This document shows positions 45,109 through 52,595 of a stretch of 64,000 nucleotides of DNA, piece after piece. The DNA lies in contig JAFUQX010000063.1 of assembly GCA_017472145.1 (NCBI GenBank), positions 4,626 to 68,625 on the forward strand. Reading direction: 5' to 3'. The DNA comes from Ruminococcus sp. (lineage in GTDB: Bacteria; Bacillota; Clostridia; Oscillospirales; Ruminococcaceae). The notes under the pieces were generated by a model. That model did not search any database. It saw nothing but the letters and a program-made list of their open reading frames with translations, and was not told the origin of the DNA. Positions within the stretch are counted from its first letter, which is position 1, and every line of letters begins with the position of its first letter. The position numbers were made by a program, and so were the translations under genes.

Positions 45109-46407
45109 ATGATGCTGAACAAATTTCTTGCGGCCGGCGTGGCCGGCTGCATTCTTTGCAGTGCGATGACTGCATCTGTATATGCGGTTTCTCCGGATGC
45201 AGGCTCGATGATGGAGCTTTTTGCGGATCCCGAGGACTACGGCTGTCAGGTGTATGCGGAAAACCAGGTGCCGCTTCCGATCTATCAGGCCACAGATGAA
45301 TCGGCTGAATCGGATGAGGAAACCGCCGGAGAGGGTGAGGGCGAATCAGAGGAAGAGGTGTATGTGGCCGTAAATGAAGCCATCTGGAATGACACCGTGC
45401 GGATCATGATTGACCCTGGCCATGCCGGCTATTACAATCCTTCTCCTGTATACAGCGGCTATTATGAGAGTGTGATGAACTGGAAGCTGTCCAATTATCT
45501 GAAGGAGGAGCTGGAGGCTTTGGGTGCAGAGGCCGATCTGACCAAGACCTCCCTGGAGGATGATCCGGATCTGATTCCCCGGGGAAAGATGTCGGACGGG
45601 TATGATTTCTTCATTTCCATGCACAGCAATGCCGGCTCTTATTCTTCTATGGATGCCCCTCTTGCGATCTGCTATCAGGATGTAGCATGGACGAATATTG
45701 ACGATATCAGCCGTGAGATCGGTACGATCATGGCTGCAAAGGTTACAGAGGTCATGGAAACCTATCAGGAGGGTGAGCTGTATCAACGCCTTTCTGTAGA
45801 GGATCGTGACGGAAACGGTGTCTGGGATGATGAATGGTATGGTGTCCTGTGCGGCGCACGATATGTAGGAACGCCGGGCATTCTGCTGGAGCATTCCTTC
45901 CACACGAACTATCGTGCCACAGCCTGGCTGAGCAATGACAGCAATCTCCAGCGCATGGCCAAGGAGGAGGCCGCTGTGATCTATGAATATTTCAGCGAGC
46001 TGAAGGTGCGGGAGCGTGCTACAGCCACTACTACGGTCGGTACAACAACGACTACAGAGGTCACCACCACCGCTCCGACGGAGACGACGGCAACAGAAAC
46101 GACTACAGTCACCACGGTGCCCTATACCGACCCGATTCCCCATGAGGACTGGATCGCAGGTGATGTGGACGGAGACAGGCTTGTCTCATTATCCGATGCC
46201 ACACGGGCCTTGACCTATTATGCACAGTATGCAGCCGGCCTGGATCCGGCCTTTATCCAGGGGGAAGCCGATGAAGCTGAGGAGGCTCTGGTGTTTGCGG
46301 CCGCAGATATGGATGGGGACGGTCAGATCGATCTGAGCGATGCAACGGAAATTCTTTATACATATGCATTATTCGCAGTGAGCGGCAGTGCAGATGAAGC
46401 AGAATAG
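45109..46407 (+). CDS. N-acetylmuramoyl-L-alanine amidase (Amidase_3) with C-terminal dockerin-like module
   Basis: Signal peptide. Amidase_3 motifs (IMIDPGHAGYYN, FISMHSNA, LLEHSFHTN). Thr-rich linker. Two EF-hand-like dockerin repeats (GDVDGDRLVSLSDATRAL; DMDGDGQIDLSDATEIL). Confidence 0.85.
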   Translation: MMLNKFLAAGVAGCILCSAMTASVYAVSPDAGSMMELFADPEDYGCQVYAENQVPLPIYQATDESAESDEETAGEGEGESEEEVYVAVNEAIWNDTVRIMIDPGHAGYYNPSPVYSGYYESVMNWKLSNYLKEELEALGAEADLTKTSLEDDPDLIPRGKMSDGYDFFISMHSNAGSYSSMDAPLAICYQDVAWTNIDDISREIGTIMAAKVTEVMETYQEGELYQRLSVEDRDGNGVWDDEWYGVLCGARYVGTPGILLEHSFHTNYRATAWLSNDSNLQRMAKEEAAVIYEYFSELKVRERATATTTVGTTTTTEVTTTAPTETTATETTTVTTVPYTDPIPHEDWIAGDVDGDRLVSLSDATRALTYYAQYAAGLDPAFIQGEADEAEEALVFAAADMDGDGQIDLSDATEILYTYALFAVSGSADEAE

Positions 46408-46421
46408 ATTAGGAGGTACAT

Positions 46422-47711
46422 ATGCAGATAAATGAAATACGGAGTCTGCTGGAAAACGGCGGCTTTGATGACATATTCCGTGTGCTGTATGGTACGGAGC
46501 GGAGCATTCTGGATGCACAGAAAAAGCGTTATTCTGATGCGGTGGATGCATTCCGCAGACTTTATCCGGAGCGGACGGATATACATATCTATTCTGCTTC
46601 CGGTCGTACGGAGATCGGCGGCAACCACACGGACCATCAGCACGGCTGTGTTCTGGCCGCTGCTGTCAATCTGGATGCCATTGCCGTGGTAAGCTTTCAT
46701 GAGGAGAAGATGATCCGTGTGCAGTCCGCAGGCTATCCGGCGGATGTGGTGGATCTGAGTGATCTGAGCGTGCAGGAGGGTGAAGCCGGAAGTGCCGCTA
46801 TGATCCGCGGCATTGCAGCGAGATTTACGGAGATGGGGGCCTCCATCGGCGGCTTTGATGCCTACACCACCTCTGATGTACTCAGCGGAAGCGGAATCTC
46901 TTCCTCAGCGGCCTTTGAGGTTCTGATCGGAACGGTGATCGATCAGCATTATCTGAGCGGCCGGGCCGGTGCGGTGGAGATCGCAAAAATCGGCCAGTAT
47001 GCGGAGAATGTCTACTTCGGAAAAAAGAGCGGTCTGATGGATCAGATGGTCAGCTCTGTGGGCGGCTTTGTGTTCATTGATTTTCATGATACCGAGCAGC
47101 CGGTGATTGAGCGTCATTCCTTCAGCTTTGAGGAGGCCGGCTACTGTCTGTGCATTACCGATACAAAGGGCAGTCATGCCGATCTGACAGATGATTATGT
47201 TGCCATCCCGATGGAGATGGGCCAGGTTGCAGCGCTGCTGGGCGCAGAATATCTCCGAGATGCAGACGAGGATATGTTCTACCAGAATCTTCCCCGGCTT
47301 CGTGAAGCCTGTTCCGACCGGGCCATTCTGCGTGCGGCGCATTTCTTTGCAGAAAACAGGAGAGCCGGAGAGGAAGCCCGGGCGCTTTCTGAAGGGAATA
47401 TGGAGCGTTTTCTGTGCCTGGTCCGGGAATCCGGTCAGTCCTCTGCCCAGCTTCTTCAGAATCTCTACTCCAGCCGCAAGGCTGCGGAGCAGGCCATTCC
47501 GCTGGGACTGATGATCAGCGAGCGTGTTCTGGGAGAGCAGGGCGCAGTCCGTGTACACGGCGGCGGTTTTGCAGGAACGATCCAGGCCTTTGTGCCATTG
47601 CATCTGAAGGAGGCCTATCAAAAGGCCATGGATGCACTTTATGGTGAAAACAGCTGTCATGTGCTGCGCATCCGTCCGGTGGGCGGAGTGGAGATCACAG
47701 CACTGATATAA
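46422..47711 (+). CDS. galK: Galactokinase (GHMP kinase)
   Basis: GRTEIGGNHTDHQHG, GHMP motif GSGISSSAAFEV, C-terminal VHGGGFAGTIQAFV. Adjacent to galE. Confidence 0.8.
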   Translation: MQINEIRSLLENGGFDDIFRVLYGTERSILDAQKKRYSDAVDAFRRLYPERTDIHIYSASGRTEIGGNHTDHQHGCVLAAAVNLDAIAVVSFHEEKMIRVQSAGYPADVVDLSDLSVQEGEAGSAAMIRGIAARFTEMGASIGGFDAYTTSDVLSGSGISSSAAFEVLIGTVIDQHYLSGRAGAVEIAKIGQYAENVYFGKKSGLMDQMVSSVGGFVFIDFHDTEQPVIERHSFSFEEAGYCLCITDTKGSHADLTDDYVAIPMEMGQVAALLGAEYLRDADEDMFYQNLPRLREACSDRAILRAAHFFAENRRAGEEARALSEGNMERFLCLVRESGQSSAQLLQNLYSSRKAAEQAIPLGLMISERVLGEQGAVRVHGGGFAGTIQAFVPLHLKEAYQKAMDALYGENSCHVLRIRPVGGVEITALI

Positions 47712-47739
47712 ATGAAAAAATTTACAGGAGGATATCATT

Positions 47740-48729
47740 ATGAGCATTCTGGTATTAGGCGGAGCCGGCTATATCGGCTCACACACTGCGCTGGAGCTGG
47801 TCAAGGCCGGACACGATGTAGTCGTTGCGGACAATCTTGTTACAGGCTACCGAAAAGCTGTTCCGGAGGGCGCACGTTTTTATGAAGGAGATCTGCATGA
47901 TTTCGACTTTCTGGACAAGCTGTTCCAGACCGAGCAGATCGATGCAGTGATCCACTTTGCGGCCTTTTCTCTGGTAGGCGAGAGCGTGACCAATCCGCTG
48001 AAGTATTATGACAACAATCTGTGCGGCACAAAGATCCTGCTGGATGCAATGGTAAAGAACGGCGTGGATAAGATCGTGTTCTCCTCCACAGCAGCAACCT
48101 ATGGTGAACCGGAGAATATTCCGATTCTGGAAAGCGACCGGACCTGTCCGACCAATCCTTACGGTGAAACCAAGCTGGCTATGGAGAAGATGTTCCACTG
48201 GACATCCAAGGCGCACGATATGCGTTATGTATCCCTGCGCTACTTCAATGCCTGCGGTGCGGATGAAAGCGGCACGATCGGAGAAGCACACAATCCGGAA
48301 AGCCATCTGATTCCGCTGATCCTGCAAGTGCCCAATGGCAAGCGGGCTTCTGTTTCCATTTATGGTACGGACTATGACACACCGGACGGCACCTGCATCC
48401 GTGACTATATCCACGTAACGGATCTGGCCCAGGCGCACATTCTGGCCGTGAAGTATCTGCTGGAGGGCGGCGAGAGCAATATCTTCAATCTGGGCAATGG
48501 CATTGGCTATTCTGTCCGTGAGGTGATTGAGACGGCCCGCAAGGTGACCGGACATCCGATCCCGGCTGTGGAAACGCCGAGACGTGCGGGAGACCCGGCT
48601 CGTCTGGTTGCATCCAGTGAGAAGGCCAAGACTGTTCTGGGCTGGAATCCCTGTCATGCATCCCTGGAGGAGATCATCAGCAGTGCATGGAACTGGCACA
48701 AGAATCATCCGAATGGATTTGCGGACTGA
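47740..48729 (+). CDS. galE: UDP-glucose 4-epimerase
   Basis: GGAGYIGSH Rossmann motif, YGETK catalytic YxxxK, 329 aa. Confidence 0.95.
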   Translation: MSILVLGGAGYIGSHTALELVKAGHDVVVADNLVTGYRKAVPEGARFYEGDLHDFDFLDKLFQTEQIDAVIHFAAFSLVGESVTNPLKYYDNNLCGTKILLDAMVKNGVDKIVFSSTAATYGEPENIPILESDRTCPTNPYGETKLAMEKMFHWTSKAHDMRYVSLRYFNACGADESGTIGEAHNPESHLIPLILQVPNGKRASVSIYGTDYDTPDGTCIRDYIHVTDLAQAHILAVKYLLEGGESNIFNLGNGIGYSVREVIETARKVTGHPIPAVETPRRAGDPARLVASSEKAKTVLGWNPCHASLEEIISSAWNWHKNHPNGFAD

Positions 48730-48764
48730 TAAGGACGCTTTCAACAACTGAACCCAAATGAAAA

Positions 48765-48806
48765 AGACTGCCGCACATTTCCGTGCGGCAGTCTTAGTCT
48801 GTTTTT
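48765..48806 (+). terminator. Intrinsic terminator after galE
   Basis: 12-bp stem AGACTGCCGCAC / GTGCGGCAGTCT followed by a T-rich tail. Confidence 0.65.
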
Positions 48807-48885
48807 AGGAATTTTCCACTTAAGGGGCTCCCCTTATGTGAAGTGACGGGGAAAACACAAAAAAGCTGAAAAGCGGTTGAATCGG

Positions 48886-48953
48886 CTGGAATAATGTGGA
48901 ATGGTGTGGAAAGTGCCGAAAATGCGTGATGTTTTGCGTGGAATGGTACGGAA
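48886..48953 (+). repeat. Phased NGGAA repeat array (end-repeat copy A)
   Basis: CTGGAA, GTGGAA, GTGGAA, GTGGAA and ACGGAA start at 48886, 48896, 48906, 48938 and 48948 (spacings 10, 10, 32, 10). Confidence 0.6.
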
Positions 48954-48987
48954 AGTGAAATGTGAACAAATGTAGAGGTGTCAAAGG

Positions 48988-49039
48988 AAACGCCCAGAAT
49001 TTGAGCAGGATGGCTCATCTTCTGGGCGTTTTATTTTTT
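48988..49039 (+). terminator. Strong hairpin plus T-run between the two repeat arrays
   Basis: 12-bp stem AAACGCCCAGAA / TTCTGGGCGTTT followed by TATTTTTT. Confidence 0.55.
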
Positions 49040-49153
49040 GCGTTTAATTTCGGTAAATGCCGTTTAAATCACGTTTAAAACGTAGCAGAGAGTGTTTAAA
49101 ATGCCGAAAATGCGTTGATTTCTGAACACGGCTCTTTTAAACAGGTTTTAAAC
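49039..49153 (+). repeat. Phased GTTTAA repeat array (end-repeat copy B; candidate transposase or packaging sites)
   Basis: GTTTAA starts at 49042, 49062, 49073 and 49094. (T/C)TTTAA copies start at 49136 and 49146. Spacings are 20, 11, 21, 42 and 10, multiples of about 10.5 bp. Confidence 0.6.
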
Positions 49154-49206
49154 AATGATTGTGGGAAAAGTTGAAAAGAGGGATGCCAAGTTACCAACTA
49201 AATTAC

Positions 49207-49241
49207 AAGAGGATGCCAACCAGTTGGTATCCTCTTTTTTT
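49207..49241 (+). terminator. Hairpin plus T-run at the inner edge of the end region
   Basis: 14-bp stem AAGAGGATGCCAAC / GTTGGTATCCTCTT followed by TTTTTTT. Confidence 0.55.
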
Positions 49242-49249
49242 GAATGCTT

Positions 49250-49615
49250 TTACCCCTCTGCCGACATCTGCTCCAGCGCAACTGTCTGACGATACTGATC
49301 CGCTTCGGGAACCTCTATCCACTCGACAGTCTTATCGAAATTTTCGCGAACCACCTTCTTAATTTCTCTGAGAGAGACACGGAAGAACTCACGGCGTGTA
49401 TTGATTTTATTCACCTTTTTATCAGAAAATGCGTTATGCAGTGCAGCTTCCAAGGCTGGTGCATCCTCAGTGAAAATGAGCGCATGAACATCAAATTTAA
49501 ACGGAACAGAAGCATCACCAAGTTCATTGATTCGATCCATCGGCTCCAAACGTCTGGTCATTCCAATTTTGTATACATTTTCCCCGAATGCACCGATATT
49601 GCTGATAATGTACAC
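49250..49615 (-). CDS. Stand-alone T5orf172 / GIY-YIG-like domain protein
   Basis: VYIISNIGAFGENVYKIGMTRRLEPMDRINELGDASVPFKFDVHALIF matches the T5orf172 (MUG113) domain as I recall it. GTG start, 5 nt after RBS AAGGAGGG and directly downstream of the repressor's stop. Confidence 0.7.
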   Translation of the reverse strand: MYIISNIGAFGENVYKIGMTRRLEPMDRINELGDASVPFKFDVHALIFTEDAPALEAALHNAFSDKKVNKINTRREFFRVSLREIKKVVRENFDKTVEWIEVPEADQYRQTVALEQMSAEG

Positions 49616-49624
49616 ACGCCCTCC

Positions 49625-50323
49625 TTATACTCTTCCGATGACCTTGCCGAAGCAGCGTGTATTCTCATCCAGAAGGATATCATCATAGGCGGAGTTCAGC
49701 GAAATCAGGCGGTCTCCGCCGTATTTTTTTATGTATCCGCTGCCGTCTACGTAAAAAATACCGATCTCCCCGACCTCAAGGCTGGGCATTTTACGCACAA
49801 GAACGACATCCCCATCGTGATAGATCGGCTCCATGCTGTCCCCGCAGATGGTCAGAGCGAAGTCGGCCCTGCGGGCCTCGGGCGTGTCCGGGACTGTGAT
49901 CTCGGTCAGGCCTTCCTCGTCCAGCATGATTCCCCGGCCTGCTGATACACGGTATTCGCTACTGAGGATTGTGATGGTTTTGCTTTTCGCTTCGGATTTT
50001 TGCTCAGTTTCAAGTTCAAGAAGCACCCTTGCTCTTTCAAGAACACGTTCTTTAGAAATCTCTGATAATTGATTGTATATATTTAATACTTCCTGCTCTT
50101 TGCTGGAGCATTTGAATTGCTTAACATCCGATTCTTTTCCCTTAAGTAAATAGTCGGTGCTTACTCCTAAAAATTCAGACAACTGAATTACAATGTCAGA
50201 AGATGGCACTGAACCGTTTTTCCAGTACGTTCCGTTGGCTGTTCCAACTCCGATTTTTTTTAAAACGGCAGTAATTGAAGTCCCCTTTTCCTTGCAAGCT
50301 TGCTTCAAATAGTCATAAAACAC
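49625..50323 (-). CDS. CI/LexA-like phage repressor (XRE HTH + S24 peptidase)
   Basis: N-terminal HTH (GTSITAVLKKIGVGTANGTYW), candidate Ala-Gly cleavage site (VSAGRG), S24 Ser/Lys dyad (GDSMEP ... VVLVRK). GTG start after AGGAGGG. Confidence 0.9.
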   Translation of the reverse strand: MFYDYLKQACKEKGTSITAVLKKIGVGTANGTYWKNGSVPSSDIVIQLSEFLGVSTDYLLKGKESDVKQFKCSSKEQEVLNIYNQLSEISKERVLERARVLLELETEQKSEAKSKTITILSSEYRVSAGRGIMLDEEGLTEITVPDTPEARRADFALTICGDSMEPIYHDGDVVLVRKMPSLEVGEIGIFYVDGSGYIKKYGGDRLISLNSAYDDILLDENTRCFGKVIGRV

Positions 50324-50335
50324 AAATATACCCTC

Positions 50336-50373
50336 CTGAATTTATTTATTATGCCGAAAATTCAGAATTCTGA
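50336..50373. promoter_or_regulatory. Candidate operator region (CTGAAT half-sites)
   Basis: Inverted CTGAATTT (50336-50343) / AAATTCAG (50358-50365) and a perfect 12-bp palindrome TCAGAATTCTGA (50362-50373). They lie between the divergent repressor gene and the early promoter. Confidence 0.4.
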
Positions 50374-50393
50374 GTTTTAAGCTGTGAAACGGC

Positions 50394-50422
50394 TTGACAA
50401 ACTAAGTAAACTGAATTATAAT
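50394..50422 (+). promoter_or_regulatory. Rightward promoter in the immunity region
   Basis: TTGACA, 17 nt spacer, TATAAT. A further CTGAATT half-site (50411-50417) overlaps the -10. Confidence 0.6.
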
Positions 50423-50512
50423 ATCCTTATACGGATACCTCTGAGCGCAATTAGCCTTATGATAATTGTACCACAAAGGGGTGTCGTTGTAAATAGAAAT
50501 GGAGGAATTTTC

Positions 50513-50908
50513 ATGAAAGTAAAGGTCGTAAGAAAAAGAAGACCTGCTCCGGTTGCGACAGAGCAGGTCTCAGGTGGCGAAAATATTCGCCGAGCAATGG
50601 AGAACGTAAAAGAAAAGAAGGATGCGGTATGCGCAGTTGGTAGACGCAGAACTACGCCGCCAATCGTTGAAAACCTTCCCAATGTGACACTGCTGTGGCT
50701 GCTGAGAAACACCATAGAAATGATGTTCCAAAAAATCATCCACGATAACACTTCTGGCGTTTCGCTTGAGGACAGGCTTGCATTGGCAGAAAGCCTTTGT
50801 TCACGTGAAGAAGCTGAAACAGCAGGCGCTCCGCTTACTCAAGGCGCATATTTTGAAGCAACCATGGGCATCAAATCATTAATATTCAGCATCAGAGAGC
50901 AGCTGTGA
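50513..50908 (+). CDS. Hypothetical protein (131 aa)
   Basis: ATG at 50513 follows GGAGG. Basic N-terminus (MKVKVVRKRRPAP). No family recognised. Confidence 0.5.
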   Translation: MKVKVVRKRRPAPVATEQVSGGENIRRAMENVKEKKDAVCAVGRRRTTPPIVENLPNVTLLWLLRNTIEMMFQKIIHDNTSGVSLEDRLALAESLCSREEAETAGAPLTQGAYFEATMGIKSLIFSIREQL

Positions 50909-51442
50909 AGCTTTTTTTGCACGTCTTCTGGGTTCTCCATACCATGAATCACGTGCTCCTTGATAATTTACAATGTTTTCGTTCTTAAAGACCGCCATGA
51001 ATTCTGCTAATTTTCTTGGACTTAAAGAATGAATCTTGCAAAGTGAATCACCCTTGAAAAGATACATTGTTATCGCATAGCTTAGAAGCATCTTATCAGG
51101 AATAAAACTTGCTCCCATATCTTCAAGAAAAGCGAACGTTTCGACCATGTTGTCAAAGACAGCATCATCCATATTTACAGCCGCAAAGACAGGCTCACAT
51201 GTGTCGGTAACGATATAAACGCGATTCTTAAATGATGGTTTAACGTTTGCCTTACACACAGTATCAAGCTTCTTCTGAATATCATTAGGACATGTATTCA
51301 AGTCGTCACCGTAGAAATCAAGAATCTCTTTATATATAAATCTAAAGTCATACAAAAAATCAGTGTAATTCACTTTGAAGTATCCAACGACATGGAACAA
51401 AAGATTGTATGGATTTGTTGCATCGTATTTTGCTCTTGGCAT
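50879..51442 (-). CDS. Hypothetical protein (187 aa), A/T-rich gene
   Basis: ATG at 51442 follows GGAGGTGG. Its 3' end overlaps the convergent 131-aa gene by 30 nt. No family recognised. Confidence 0.55.
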   Translation of the reverse strand: MPRAKYDATNPYNLLFHVVGYFKVNYTDFLYDFRFIYKEILDFYGDDLNTCPNDIQKKLDTVCKANVKPSFKNRVYIVTDTCEPVFAAVNMDDAVFDNMVETFAFLEDMGASFIPDKMLLSYAITMYLFKGDSLCKIHSLSPRKLAEFMAVFKNENIVNYQGARDSWYGEPRRRAKKASQLLSDAEY

Positions 51443-51514
51443 ATTCTCCACCTCCTTCCCTACTTCATTATACCACATATTGTCAGGGAATACAACAGAA
51501 AGGGAACTTAAAAA

Positions 51515-52162
51515 ATGAATGAATTAAAGGTTTTTCAGAACAGCGAATTCGGTGAGCTGGGAATCCTGCTCATTGACGGAAAGGAGTACTTCCCGGCTAC
51601 GCAGTGTGCGAAAACGCTCGGATATAAGAATCCGCAGGATGCTATCCGAAGCAAGTGCAAAGGGGTGCGGAAAGTGCTCACCCCTTCCAATGGCGGCTCA
51701 CAGGAAACCAACTACATTCCCGAAGGTGACCTTTACCGCCTTATTGTAAGTTCCAGACTTCCGGCAGCAGAACGCTTTGAACGCTGGGTGTTTGATGAGG
51801 TTCTTCCGGCCTTGAGGAAGAACGGAGCTTATGGCAATGTCGATCTGAATGAAGTCATTGCCAGGGCCGTGACTGTAGCAGTAAATGAAACTGTTAAGGC
51901 TCTGATGCCGCTCATCACGCAGATGCAGACTGCACGGCAACCACAGGAACTGCCCAAGAAGCGAGTGGAGAGAAAATACAAGTACAGAACGCCCAGCAAG
52001 ATTTCCATGCTGCCGCCGGCTTTAAAAGAAACGGTGGAAGAGATGATTGTTTCCAACAATTATTCCTGCCAGCAGATAGCCAACTACATCATGAATAACA
52101 GCGATATTAAAATTTCGCAGATGGCAGTCAACCGATACGCCCATCAATATTTCTGGTTGTAA
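51515..52162 (+). CDS. BRO-N domain antirepressor-like protein
   Basis: MNELKVFQNSEFGELGILLIDGKEYFPATQCAKTLGY...ERFERWVFDEVLPALRKNGAYG is a Bro-N domain. The C-terminus has an HTH-like segment resembling the DUF3486 N-terminus. Confidence 0.85.
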   Translation: MNELKVFQNSEFGELGILLIDGKEYFPATQCAKTLGYKNPQDAIRSKCKGVRKVLTPSNGGSQETNYIPEGDLYRLIVSSRLPAAERFERWVFDEVLPALRKNGAYGNVDLNEVIARAVTVAVNETVKALMPLITQMQTARQPQELPKKRVERKYKYRTPSKISMLPPALKETVEEMIVSNNYSCQQIANYIMNNSDIKISQMAVNRYAHQYFWL

Positions 52163-52169
52163 GGAGGTG

Positions 52170-52310
52170 ATGGCAATGAGCAGCTTTATCGTCCTAGCTG
52201 CGGCCGGGATCATCCTGCTGATGATCTGGTCGTTTCTGCGCTGGTGCGGGTATTATGCCGCTGAGGAGGAGCAGGAGTATGACACCGCCGATCGCACGAA
52301 GCATACCTGA
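52170..52310 (+). CDS. Small membrane protein (46 aa; below the ORF-track cutoff)
   Basis: ATG follows a strong RBS AAGGAGGTG. MAMSSFIVLAAAGIILLMIWSFLRW has one TM helix and an acidic tail. Confidence 0.4.
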   Translation: MAMSSFIVLAAAGIILLMIWSFLRWCGYYAAEEEQEYDTADRTKHT

Positions 52311-52364
52311 TACAAAAAATTGATTTGCGTGGGCATAGCCGTGTGAACAGAGAGGAGGAAGCAC

Positions 52365-52592
52365 ATGAAATGTGAAAAGATGAATCTTGGTGCGACTGTA
52401 CGCGCCAGAAGAGTGGAGCTGCGGATCTCTCAGCCGGAGGTTGCGAAACGTGTTGGTACATCCCAGAGCCATGTAAGCCGCATTGAAACCAATCGATGTG
52501 TACCGTCTGTAGTGATGCTGGCAAAGCTGGCAAACGCCTTACAGATGCCGGTGGCAGAACTGCTTGAAGCAGCCCAGAGAAAGGCGGTGTGA
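52365..52592 (+). CDS. XRE-family HTH protein (Cro/Ner-like)
   Basis: RISQPEVAKRVGTSQSHVSRIETNRCVPSVVMLAKLANAL. RBS GAGGAGG upstream. Confidence 0.8.
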   Translation: MKCEKMNLGATVRARRVELRISQPEVAKRVGTSQSHVSRIETNRCVPSVVMLAKLANALQMPVAELLEAAQRKAV

Positions 52593-52595
52593 GCG

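Noticed and set aside
48794-49018. 74-aa minus-strand ORF across the prophage end repeats
   Set aside because: It spans the phased NGGAA repeat array and a hairpin and has no RBS. The region is better explained as protein-binding end DNA.
52170-52592. Small ORF followed by an HTH gene as an anti-CRISPR (acr-aca) pair
   Set aside because: The HTH gene sits exactly where a Mu-type Ner/Cro is expected. The 46-aa ORF is a predicted membrane peptide. Nothing else supports an Acr role.
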